Positions 1-12,319 of a stretch of DNA of 64,000 nucleotides are shown here, in pieces. The stretch spans positions 44,580,001-44,644,000 of the forward strand of contig NC_087436.1 of the NCBI RefSeq assembly GCF_036321535.1, in the 5' to 3' direction. Position 1 is the first letter of the stretch, and the number at the start of each line of letters is the position of its first letter. The notes below the pieces were generated by a model. That model searched no databases. It was given only the letters and a program-made list of their open reading frames with translations, and was not told the origin of the DNA. The DNA comes from Camelus dromedarius (lineage: Eukaryota). Made by a program: the position numbers and the translations under genes.

Positions 1-669
1 TATACTTTATCATTGTGAACACAGACCTACTTAATTATACCAGATCAAACTGGAATCCACTCTTTTCTGAGGACCTTTATCTCAAAGCCTCTGATTTTCT
101 GTTTTAACACAGATGGCATGATCACTTTCTAGACCTGCTGCAACCTATCATTTATATCTTCCAAACCTGGGAGTCAGGAAATATAATCTGCAATGATGGA
201 ATGAGAAATGGAGGTTTGAATACATTACTTAAGGTATTACGTACTAAAATAAAAAATGAAAAAAGTTAAAAAGTATCTGCATACTATTTTTAGGAGAAGG
301 GATGTAGTGGCGTAAGGCAGTATAATTAATATTTTTTATTGAGGTGAAACTATTGATAATATCTAAATGTGTATGTTTAGAAATTAAGGTATAAGCATAG
401 TTATTTGAATTATTTAAATAACCATCAAAGAATAAAAAAACTAGAAATGAATGTAGGAGAGAGACTTTTCCTTTTCATTGTTTAAACATCCATATTTGGG
501 AATTTTGTTACCTTCAGTCTGTTTTCTCTTATAATGATAATAAAAGATAACCACTTTAGAAAGAAAAAATTAACATGACCTGAATCTAAAATATCTAAAA
601 TTAGTTAGTATCTATTAGCAAAGGGCAAATGAGAGAATAAATATTTTTAGAATGAAAGTCCATATTACT

Positions 670-925
670 TCATATTAAAAAGTGTTTATTGAGGGCCACC
701 TATGGGACTGGACTATATTTAGTGTTGGACGTACAACAAGGAATGATAAAAATGTGTCCCTTTCCTCATAGACCTAGTAGTTTAGATAAATAAAGAAGCA
801 CATAAATAAATACAAAGTCTACCTTGAGGGTAAAAGAGTATTCTAAAAATACTTAAGAGGACAATTAACCCAGATTTGAGAAGGCAAGAAGTCTTCAAAG
901 AAGAGAACAGCTAAGCTAAAGGCTA
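670..925 (-). mobile_element. L2 LINE 3' fragment
   Basis: gtttattgagggccacctatg...gtgtccctttcctcatagacctag resembles the reverse complement of the L2 3' end; boundaries approximate. Confidence 0.65.
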
Positions 926-1224
926 TATAGAAAGGTAGATGACACTCAGAATAACACCTGTCCCATACTTCTATCCTCACCTCAGTGCACACTTGTCTAA
1001 ATTTGTCAACTATTATAAAAAATATTTATCTTTTTCTCTCACAAAGTAAAAACAAAACCAACAAAACACACACACAAGCAAGCACATTTTTAAAAAAGCC
1101 TTCTGATTTTACACTGGAGACCAATCTAATTACCATCCTAAAGTACCGGATTATGATTCCATGTAGCTGCAACCATGAAATGATATAGTGCTATATCCAT
1201 ACCACATTTGTTGTTTCCAATGAA

Positions 1225-1742
1225 AACAACCATCATACTGCTATGTAGTAAACTACCACAAAATCACAGCAGTCTACAGTATTGAACATTTATTTAGGTG
1301 TTTATCTGGACAGTTGGAATCAGTGGATCTAAGCCCAGCACAGCTGTGTGGCTCCACTAATCTTAGCTGACCTTGCTCAAGAGCTTTGGGGCTCACTGGA
1401 GCTCAGATCATCTTAATTGGTCTCTATAGCAGCAGCTCGGCTAGGTCTCATGTATTCCTTACACTACTTCTGGAACTAGCAGGCTAGCCCAGGCATAGTA
1501 GGTTGATCCCAGGGGTCTCTGAAAGAGAAATACAATGTGTGAGGGCTTTCAAGGCCTAGGCTCAGAGCTACCATACCATCAATTCTGTCTTACCCTATTG
1601 GTCAAAGCAAGTCATTTGGCCCAACCTGAAGCCAAGGAGCAGAAAAAATATTCTGCCCCTCCAGTGGGAGAATCTGAAAAGTCACAGAGAAAAGAGTGAA
1701 TATAGGGAAGATTAAGAATTGAGGCAGTTGATGCAAGTATAC
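1225..1742 (-). mobile_element. MaLR (MLT1F/G/H-like) solo LTR
   Basis: Contains tattggtcaaagcaagtca...cccaacctgaagccaagg and ctaggctcagagct, typical of reverse-oriented MLT1 LTRs. Confidence 0.75.
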
Positions 1743-2254
1743 AAGTACTGAAACCTAGACTAATTATAAGAATGTTTCTTAAAAAATTTCCACTACACCA
1801 TTTCCATAGCTTTTTTGAAGTAACACACTTCAAAACATTTTCAGAAGCTCTTCTTTTCCTGATGGTTCTAAACATGTGCTATGTTGTCCTGTTAGATTAT
1901 CCTGCCTTGCCACCCTTAGAAGATTTTAATTTCAACTGGCTTTATATAGTTAAATGCACCAATAATCATAAATATGACTTGACTACCAAGCAAAATAGGT
2001 AAAAGAATAATACTAAATATCATGTCTATACTAATAAGAAAATTTATTGACCTTGTATCAGGAGATTTTTGTTGTATCACTTCATAAAAATCACATCAAC
2101 TATCAATTCTTGTCTACAAATATACTGTGACAATACCTTACTAGTGAATGTGACTTAGAAAAATAAAATATGCCACCTAATAGAATTTCTGGAAGATCGC
2201 AGATGTTGAGTGTTTGTTAGGACCATACTGTGGAGCTCTAGTTTTGTGGGATTT

Positions 2255-2415
2255 GGAGCAAACTAGGCCCTCTTAGTTTTAGTTTTCTTATCTGTAAATA
2301 ATGAGAACAATGCCTATTTTAGGATTTATGAGGATTACATTAGTTAATTCATGAAAGGGTTAGAAGAGTGCCTGGCCATGGTGCACATCTAGTCAACAGG
2401 AATAATTAGCAACTT
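2255..2415 (+). mobile_element. MIR SINE
   Basis: Core agttttcttatctgtaaa...tatgaggattacattag...ttagaagagtgcctggc. Confidence 0.75.
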
Positions 2416-3579
2416 CTTGAAGTATAAGTCATTAATGAGTAGCATAAAAATGTTGCTTTTCTGATAGTTTTAAAACATGCAAAATTATTTACTGTTTTAT
2501 TATTTTAAAAAGTTATTTGGCATAAATAACATATTTTGCCCATCTTAGGGAGTAAATTGTTTAATTAAAAAGTAATGTATGTTGCCTATACATGATTATA
2601 TTCCAGATGCAGAGAAAAGAGATTTGTGTTTGAAACATTAACTAAAAAGTATACATGCAGTTAATTCTAAAATGGTAGTTTATTGACAATTTTCTTTAGA
2701 AACTAAAGAGAGAAGGTCAATAACCAAAAAAGGGGCTGGAAGGGAATAGAACAGAACTGTAAGTCTGAGCTGGGATAAATATTTTTGAGTGATAAGGACA
2801 TTCCAGATGGTAAAATAGTAGGCTTGAGTTCACAAAGCAGTGAGGAGACCAGACCAAAAAAAGAAAACAAAACAAAAAACAAACTTTTTCTTAGGTTTCT
2901 TAGGTAGATGAATTTAGAAGGATAAGGTAGGCCATATTCAGGGAAACTTTGAGTATTAGAATTTGAATGTCATAAATAAAACTAAATTTCAATCATAAAT
3001 CAATTTGTTTTGAGTTTTAAAAAATATTTTGATCATTATTATTTATATCCATGAACCTTATAGGTAACACAAATGAAGTGTATTAACAATGCAGTGACTT
3101 TCTTACACTCATATAACGCTATAAAACTTAAAAATAATTTGAACATCAATGGGACATCAGACACCAATTTTCTTTTGAAATCAGCCATTTAATATCTTCA
3201 GAATAAGTATTTAGATACACAAATTTAGTGTTTGATTTTCACAATTGTAACATTTTCATGAATTTCTATTAGATAATAAAGGGAAAAAAGAGGAGAAGTT
3301 CATTGAGATCATGTAGGAGAACTAATACAGAATCACTGCTTCAGAAAGTCTAAGCTGGTGGTGGTAGAGAAAATAAACTGGAATAAAGAAAAAACAGATT
3401 GGAGTATATGAGAGGGACTTGGTAAGACTGAGCGAAAGAACCATAGAGGATTGTTTACTAATTTTGTTTGACAAGTGTGAAATTTAAGAGCTGGCATTTA
3501 AAAAGTTATTTCTAAAATTCTCCACTATTTTAATTACTAATCAATTAATCTTATAATAAATGCTTCTTCCTTGTGTATT

Positions 3580-4420
3580 ATATGCCTAGGGCTTGTGTAG
3601 ACAATGTGTAGATTGTCTTAGGCCTTAAGAAGCATACGATCAATTTGGAATTTGTGGGTGAAGTAACTAACACAAAGTGAAATGTTAAATTCTTGGGTGT
3701 TGATGCTATGTGCCATAGTAACTCCTGTAAGTGAGAGATCAATGTGATCAGAATAGACAAAAACCATTTCTGGAGAGAGTAAAACTTAATATGTACTTCA
3801 ACAAATATTTAAGACACAGATGTGTGGGAAAGAAAGGAGAGGGATTCATGAAGGGGAAAGACAAAACACACACAGAGTTGAGATGTAGGCATAAACATAC
3901 TGTATGAGTCCATCGGAATCAGAAAATGCAGGGACTGAGAACCAGTCAAAAGTCTTTGGGTCTAACGGTGAAAACAAGAGAGTTGTGGTTGTAAGGAAGA
4001 CAGTGTCAAGGCAGGTTAAGTCTTGTCCTGGTGGGCAGACTAATTTGAAAAAGAGAACTGGATGGCAGAGAGAGAATTAGGAGGATATTTATTTAATCCA
4101 GGTAAAGGGGATGTCTAGACCACAGAGGAAGAAGAGAAATACAAAGAGAGAGATTTTGAAGGGAAAAAGGAAAGACAAAAAAGACAAAAAGAGTCATACA
4201 ACAGCAAGAGAGCTCAGACAACTGGGAGGTGGATCAAACCTGGGATTGATGAAAATGAGGCTCAGAGAGACTATGTAGTGCTGGTGGCAGCTGCTGGACA
4301 AACAAACAAACAAACAAACATTGGAATTCAGGACTTAAAGTGGAGATGAGGGGCCAGTCCTGGAATTAGAGATTCCAGAGCCAACAGAATAAGACTGGAT
4401 AGCTGATGCCATAAAAGTAG
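3580..4420 (-). mobile_element. L2 fragments (degraded), with an (AAAC)n repeat at ~4298-4320
   Basis: Purine-rich L2-antisense-like motifs such as taatccaggtaaaggggatg and ggagatgaggggccag. Confidence 0.45.
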
Positions 4421-4639
4421 CTTTATTTATTTTTACCTATTTTTTAAGTATTTAGTTTTAGGTGATAAACCTTAATTAAGAGGGCCCATTAAGTAAATAG
4501 TACATCTTTTTAAATTTAAAGCAGCCATTCCATGTTACTACATTGTTTTGGGATATCCATACAAGAAGGTTCAGGGAAAGAAAACAGTTCTCAAATGTTG
4601 AACACAAACATAATGGATATTTTTTTTCTGTTAATATTA

Positions 4640-4860
4640 GAAGAGCTAACATTTATATTGCTGGAGTTCTAAGTACTTTATATATTATCTAGTCAATCCT
4701 TACAACAACCCTGAGGTACAAATACTGCTATCTCTATTTTTGTAGATAGGGAAACAGAAGCTTGAAGAGTTTAAATGACTTGCCCAAAGTCACCAGCAAT
4801 TAAGTGACAGGGCTGGGGGATTCAAACCCAAGTTGTCTGGAACCATTTTGTTGTCTTACT
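4640..4860 (-). mobile_element. MIR SINE
   Basis: aatccttacaacaaccctgagg...gatagggaaacagaagcttgaagagtttaaatgacttgcccaaagtcac...ggattcaaacccaag matches reverse MIR. Confidence 0.85.
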
Positions 4861-6637
4861 GTCTCCACTATACTTTTTCTGGAACAATGATTAACTGTGA
4901 AATCTTATGTAATTTCTTACATATTAATATGACCTTCAACATGTCAACACATAGAAGGACTCATCATCAAAGTCTCAACTAGATAAAGTTTGGGTTGTAT
5001 CAAGAACTCCAGAACATTTTGTTTTTCAATTTCATCCTTTTTATTCCATGTATGGCCCATTCAATGACCAATATATGACAAGACATTACATAACCTCCAG
5101 TATATAAAAATTGGGACTCTCAAATAATCATCAAATAAAATGTCATTTTGCAGTTAGATCCTGTTCTAAAGTATTTTTTTAAAAAAACTGAGATTTACAT
5201 TTTATCATTTTATGTTATAAATGTAGGTAACATAGACAATAACACAAAATTCTGTGTAATTAGACAAGAATAACAAAATAAAACCCTACAGTAGAATCTT
5301 TAATTAAAATCAACTACTGATGTTTATGTTTCCAGATTGGTTTTGAGCAAGAGTTTTAGCTCTTTACCCACATATTTAAAAAAAAATTCTTCCATGACCA
5401 CATTTTGTTGCGTTTATTTCTAATGTTAACACCATTTATTGAAGGGAAAAGAAAAAGTCTAGGAAGATCATTTCAACCTATTGTTTTATCAGCTCCTTAA
5501 GCATAGGGGGCTGTTTTGTCTCAGAACAACTACAGCGCACTGTTTGTAATTACAAAGGCATCTCGGAATCACAAGCACCAAGAGAGAAAGCTCTGTGATC
5601 TGGCTGTAACTGGGAAAGATAGAATGCTTCAGTGAAAATTCATTTCCCTTTAAAACTAGAAATAGTCTGAGTTTTGAACTGATCGTGAAAATTTAGAGGT
5701 AGAGGGGAGTTGCTTAATTCTGAAATGACATTCTATTTTTGGAAAGTATAGATTAAAGCATTTTAGTATAGAACTTATTTTGTAACATTAGGTAACTCCT
5801 ATAGACACCATTTTGATGTGTAAAGTGTAAATGAATCATATCATATAGATTAAATTCCCTTTGAAATGCTCAAGGGTTTAAATAACTAGAGGATGTGTGA
5901 TTGGCCCAAACCATTTGGGGTTTTATTGACCCCAAAGCATTCAAAAGTCAAACTGATCATCTCAGACTACTGGATTGAGGCTGTTGGTCCAAGGATGGTT
6001 ATCTGATGTGAAACTTCAAGAACATATTTCTATTTTTTAATAATATAGCATAATTATTTTTGCAGTCAGTCATAAATGATATGAGTTAAAGTCAAGAAAA
6101 CATTTCCTCCTAATATATTTTGACAAAATCCTGTGCTAATTTTATATGATTATCAACATAACTAATTTCCTTTTGCATGTATTGTTAAACTCTGCATCTC
6201 AATTAGAATGAACTTGCTTTTCCAGAATTTGGTTAGAATCAAGGATGATGAGGTCCATGGGGAAGTGTGCAGGTGGAGAACCAGGAAATTATACCCTTGA
6301 GAAGCTCTGGGGTTTTTAATCATTGAAATCTGACCCATAATGACGGATGAAAATATTCTGCTTTTCACTAGTGACTTACAGATAGTGGAACTAGTTCAAA
6401 CCCATTGTCACTTCTTTCTTTCTTAAATTAGCAAACACATGCGTGTGTGTGTGTGAATGTGGGATTGAAACAGCTGCAAAAAAAAATCTCATTCTTGTTA
6501 TTCATGACACCTACCATGAGACGAAGGTGCTAGGTGTGATTTTTTTCATGCAAAGAATTATCCTACAAATGCTTTTCACCATGGAGATTAAAACAAAAGC
6601 TATGCTCTCTCACTTACTACCCTCCCAGACTGCATAA

Positions 6638-6668
6638 ACACACACATACACACACACACGCGCGCGCG
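6638..6668. repeat. (CA)n-(CG)n compound microsatellite
   Basis: Read directly: acacacacatacacacacacacgcgcgcgcg. Confidence 0.95.
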
Positions 6669-7546
6669 ACTGAGAAAGGATATCAGACAAAAAATAAAAC
6701 ACAAAATTATGAATCATAAATGACATTTTGTCTGTTATCTTATTATGATTTGTAAGGTGCTTTGTGCATGTAGCTGATGATAGAAGAGATGCAGACCCAG
6801 TAAGCTGAGAAAAGTCAGAGATATCTTTCCTAAGTTTCCCCCACACCATGTAATCTATGTTTACATAATTCATTTTCGTTTAAGAGGGGCAGTGACTCCC
6901 ATCCTTTCTCCTTTTTTGTCTCATTTGTTTAAAAAAAATTGAGGTATTTTTAATTAACTAGAAAATTTAGCTCAATTGAATTTATAATTGTATTATCATA
7001 TTAACAGTGAAATGACTACATAATGCTAAAATAGAGATTATGTTCATAAAATTTTTATTTTTGCTTCATTACAAAGAATAAAGTAAAAATATTAATTCTT
7101 CATGTTAATAAACGTGTTGTTTGGTTTGTCTTCTAAAATAAAAATTAATCTCTCTGTAGAAGAAAGCATTAGAATGAAGTTTCTAAATCTTGTTAGCATA
7201 TTTGGTCATTTGTAGAAAAACCTTATGATTTTTCTAAAACTGACAGTTATGGGGGAGGTTGTTCTTAACCAAGTTAGCATGATTATTAAGGAATATTTGG
7301 ATTGTTCTGTTTTGTTAGGACAGCATAAGTAAATTGATGGTTATGATTGGTTACATAAATTATTATATAATTTATTGTATGTGAATTACTATGTTACTTA
7401 AAATTTTAAAAATGTATTTACATAAAAGGTACATATATTGCAGGTATAAGCAATTCAATTAAAATTATTTTCTCTAGCATGGCAATTCATATTATTATGC
7501 AAGAAAGCATTTAAATTATTTTGTTTATATATGTTATATAAATATC

Positions 7547-7571
7547 TGTGTGTGTGTGTGTGTGTGTGTGT
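7547..7571. repeat. (TG)n microsatellite
   Basis: Uninterrupted TG run. Confidence 0.95.
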
Positions 7572-9869
7572 ATAGGTCAGAGACAAGTTTCATGAAGATA
7601 AATTATAATTTTGCAAGTATAGCTAAATTATGAAGGGAAAATACAAATTTTATTTATATATTATTTATTACTTAGATATTAAATATTGTTATTTAATAAT
7701 AACGTAGACATATAATCATAGAAGTATGCCAGTAGCATTTGCAAGTTACTTCAGAAATTACTATCTGCAGATATGTTTTTGCAGTTATAGATATGATGGT
7801 TACACAAATGAATAAAATCCTTTTAGCCACCTTACCTGTTTTCAATATTTTAAATCAAACTGTTAAATACTTGCTGGTTTTAATGTATTTGTATGCATTC
7901 TAAAACTTTTTATACTCTGTATGTTCTTGAAGAAGTGGTTACACTCTCTTAGGAAGTGCGCCCATCAAACAGCGTTACTGCAACCCATGCTAGAATATGT
8001 TTTATTTGAGATATATCTCTCTGTTCTCTCCTGTGTTTATTTCTGGATATGTATTCATATGAAATCTACAACTTTAATTTTCTTACCTTTTTACTCTGGA
8101 AAGTTTTGCTTTCTCACCAGTCTTTTTATAGGAGGGTGTGGGTGGGAAGGTGCTGTCCCACAATGACAGCTTAGCAGTCCTGGGCATGTCCTGGGAACTT
8201 AATAGTCCAGACTGACTTGACATGTGCAGTGTTTCCCTATCTCCCATTTCCAGTCTAACACTACCAGTTAATCTGGCACATTCAGGATCGTTTGATCAGC
8301 TGGATAGAATGATCTTGATACTTAGCAATCTCAGCATCCTTTGGGTGGCTCTTAACTATCTCTCAGAACATTATGCACATACCAGATTCTCGCGAACATT
8401 CCCAAGATACACCTCTAATCTAAAATATAATACAAATGTTTAGATGGCTGTTAACAAAAGATTTCATTACATGCTTGGCTTCATTCAGTTTTTTTCTTCA
8501 GTGCAGCCTCTAATCTCATAAAATGACTGTCTGCAATTGAATTTCTTACATCTGCTATTTAACTGCACTGAAGGTCTTTGCAAACGGACATATTTCTCAC
8601 GGTCGAAGTATTTTGTAAGAAGGGAAGTCGCTGGTTTATTCTCTTGTATTTTAGTAAAGGAGGTCAGATTGGTCATGTTTAAGCAGGGGAGTAAATGCAG
8701 GACTCTTGAATACCTATAGAGCTTGAACCTTGAAGGGACTGATAATTTCTGAGCTTTGCCAAAAATCATAAAGTGGATCATCTGGTTGAAGAAATGTATG
8801 TTGTGAAGGAAATGTATTCTTTAAGCAGAGGTGTCTTAAAATTGGAATGCACTTTGAAAGTGCTGATCCTTCTCTTTTTGAACAGCAGGTAGTTCAGACC
8901 CCTGAGCGTGAAAGGGCATCAGTGTTAACCAGATCTCTAGGATGTGGGTGAAAGAGATACAGAGTCACAAAATCTGTTGAATTTGCTTGGGGCTCTAAAT
9001 ATATCAAATTATCCTCACTTCTTAAATGATCTGGATTGCTTTAACTTTTTGTCTTGGGTCTTTTTGTGTCACATAGACCACTGTGAAGTCCAGTAACCCA
9101 GCATCCGTGGCCAATTTCTTTGTTTAGAGCACCATCTGGTTATAAAGCCTTTCTTATTCCTTGGAGATAGACCAGAACCATGGGTCCAATTGACAAGGGT
9201 TGGGTGGCACAAGTGCCTCTTCAGTTGCATGGTCTCCATAAACGGCAGCAGATTCTGTAGTTTATTTACTTTGCAAGGACCTAGTAACAGCACACGTGGC
9301 CTCATGACCTCATGGTTGGATTGCCATCATGGCCTCCCCACAGGGCTACCCGCAGTGGTAGCAGCTTGTGTGGAATGCAGCAAGCAGCACAACCTCTTAG
9401 TGGTGTGAGTAACCAAGATCAGATTTCGTGTCTCTTCTCCCCAGTTTGGTTTGGGCTGCCTGTGGTGGATTGACTCTCAGTTGGCTTTGCAGATTTTTAA
9501 TGAGGAGCAAACATTGTTTTGGAGTGGCACAGCTGAGAAGCAGGGGACTGATGCAGGATGTTGTTTTTGGCAGAAATGATGGCAGGATCAGGCATAACAG
9601 CTGGTAAGAGTGCACTTACTATGAAAACAAAAAAAGAGTGTCTACTAACTGGAAAACGCAATTTCTCAGTTGTGTTGGTGAAGCTCCAGTCAATAGCCCT
9701 GATTTGAAAGTCATAGATTTTGCAAATTACTAAATTTGGAGTTACTGTATCTAAGAATCTAAAAGATTTCTGTGCAGTAAACCATGATTTACTATTTCCT
9801 TACATCTCTATTGGATTTTTGGTTTTTGTCATATTATCATTAAGGCAATCTCTTTATGTACCCATCCAT

Positions 9870-10400
9870 TTCTTCTTATTCCACCAATGAGTATTTATTA
9901 AGGATTTACTGTTTGCCCTTCAGATGATAGAAAATTTAATTAAACACAGCCACATCCTTCAACACTTTGCAGTCTTGCAAGTGATGCATAAAAACATCTG
10001 TAAATAACTATGCAAAATAAGATGGCATATAAAGTATTGTGAGAGTTCAGATGGGGGAAGGGATTTTTTGCTATCTAGAAGGATTAGGGAAAGCCTTAAG
10101 ATTGAGATAACATCTCAGTTTAGCTTTGAATGATGAGTAGAATTTAGAAAATCAGACGTAGGAAAAATAACGTCTCAATTGAGGAAAACAGTCTAAGCAA
10201 AGGCAAGAGAAGAATACCAGATGTAAATAGTTCTTTACTTTTATTGAAATGTACAAGGTGAGCATCGGGAGATAAGATTCAGGAGGTGGATTAGAGATAT
10301 ATCTTGGTGAACCTTAAAAGCTAGTTAAAAAAAGTCTAGCTTTTATTTTAAATAATAAGAAGTTGTAAAAAAATTTTTAAACAGAGCTTTAGGGGGCTGA
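9870..10400 (-). mobile_element. L2 LINE fragment
   Basis: gtatttattaagg...gctttgaatgatgagtagaatttag...ttttatttta, L2-antisense pattern. Confidence 0.65.
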
Positions 10401-10733
10401 TTTTGTAGAAAACTGTAGACTATTCATTACGTGCTTATTAATCTTGGTATATATGCTGCTTATTACTGAATATACTTTTATTTTGCTTTTACACATTTAG
10501 GCATAGAAGAAATTTGAAAAAAACTCAGTCACTACTAAAATGGAATTTAAGATAACATGGACAGAAATGATCATGAAATCTTTATTTTTGTGCATTTATA
10601 AAAAACTTTTGCTAAGCAAATGAACACTACAAGGAAGATATGGGAGACAGACAACTAATGAGGAAATGAGAACATACATCCTGGTATAATTTCTACTGCT
10701 CAATATAAAACTTTAATTCCCTGGTTTGTAAAC

Positions 10734-10770
10734 CACACACACACACACACACACCACACACACACACACA
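10734..10770. repeat. (CA)n microsatellite, interrupted
   Basis: Read directly. Confidence 0.95.
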
Positions 10771-11925
10771 TATAATCCTTCCAAGTTTATTTGAGTTTAA
10801 GATTTCAGAGAAATGTTTAAGCTTTGTATGAGAAGGTACTATTTTTAAGCATATTCAAGTACTTCAGAAAAAAACCAAGTATTCCTATCTTAAGGATCTG
10901 TCATTTAGAAATCATTTTAATCTCTTCATTTGTCACAGTTTACAGGAATCAGCCAGATAATACTTTGTTAATCCATATCCAGTAAACAGTTTTTCAGAGT
11001 AAATAACTGCATTTGTCTAAAGAATTTACTAATTCATAGTTGCCATTATTCAGGTTAGGCCTCTCTTCACTAGTCAGTCAGTGTCATTTCATGGTCTTCC
11101 CTTAAAGTGAAAGTAACAGTTACTAATGCATAAAATACTGTAAGAGTTGAAGCATAAAATCACTTATTGTTTTTTAGGGAGGCAGGACTTTAGTCTTATA
11201 TTTATTAGAAAAGAGAATAGGTCGTGAAACACCATGACACTTATCATAGCACTCTTCTTGGAAATGTGTGTGTTTAAATGTGATTCAGAGAGGAAAATAA
11301 CAGTCTATTAAACTTTATTCTCTTTAGCAGCTCCCTTTGCCAGAATACACTTAAAGTCTTTCCTGCCCAACATGTGAAATTAATAAACTATCTTCAAACC
11401 CAGGTTGCTGAATACCTTTTCTACTTTATTTTTCTACTGGGTTGATAAATGTATGATGTGAATCCTTAAAAACACATTTTGTTGCCAGTATTAGAGTACT
11501 CTAAAATGGAAAGATGAATATTTTAACTATTTATATACAAAAAGTCTATAAGCTATTATAATTTTGTAGTGATTGAAAAGTACCAGGAAAAAAACAAAAA
11601 TACAAGCTATAAATCTGCCTTGGTATATCTCATTTTCTGTTGCCTAGATCAGCTTTTAAACATTTTCTATTGGGTAGATATGAAATTCAGTGATGACAAC
11701 GTCAGTATCTCTTTAAATTTAAAAATCATTCAAATTTTTTGATGATTTGGATTTAAAATAGCATTTCACTATTTGATTTGATACAGCCATTTCTTATTTT
11801 TGCTAAAATATCTATATAGGCAAAAATATAAAAATTCATGATTTTATAAATTAAAGGGGAAAATCAATTTAATGTGAACATTTAGAAGGAATAACTTCTA
11901 ACTACAAGGTCCTTCTGAATTAGAG

Positions 11926-12174
11926 CAGCAGTTCCAACTAGGGGAAGTGTTGCTGCTTTTCCTCCCCTCTCACCAAACAGGGAACATTTGTCAGTGTCTG
12001 GAGTCATTATTTTCTGTCACAACTCAGGGAGTGGGAGTGGTGTGCTACTGAGGTGTGCATTTAGTGTATAGAGGCTAGAGGTGTTGCTAAATATCTTACA
12101 GTGTACAGGAGGTCTTCAACAACAAACAATTATCTGTTTCAAAATATCAGTGGTGCCAAGACAGAGAAACCTTG
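11926..12174 (+). mobile_element. MER20 (hAT-Charlie non-autonomous DNA transposon)
   Basis: gggaacatttgtcagtgtctggag...gtcacaact...tagaggctagagg tgttgctaaatatcttacagtgtacagga...gagaaaccttg follows MER20; near-perfect 8-bp TSD aattagag (11918-11925) / gattagag (12175-12182). Confidence 0.9.
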
Positions 12175-12319
12175 GATTAGAGAAAAAATGGAAATAACTG
12201 GTCTGTCCATACTCATAGTGAGCTTGTATTTCTGAAATTAGACAGAAATTCTTGGTCCTCTTCTACTGTTGAACCCCTGAATCAGGAATATACAATCTAA
12301 ATCAACTAGGAGAAAGAAA

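Noticed and set aside
9493..9603. Possible 111-nt exon (ttgcAG ... CTG|GTAAGA) with one open frame
   Set aside because: Weak polypyrimidine tract, unrecognised peptide and no partner exons
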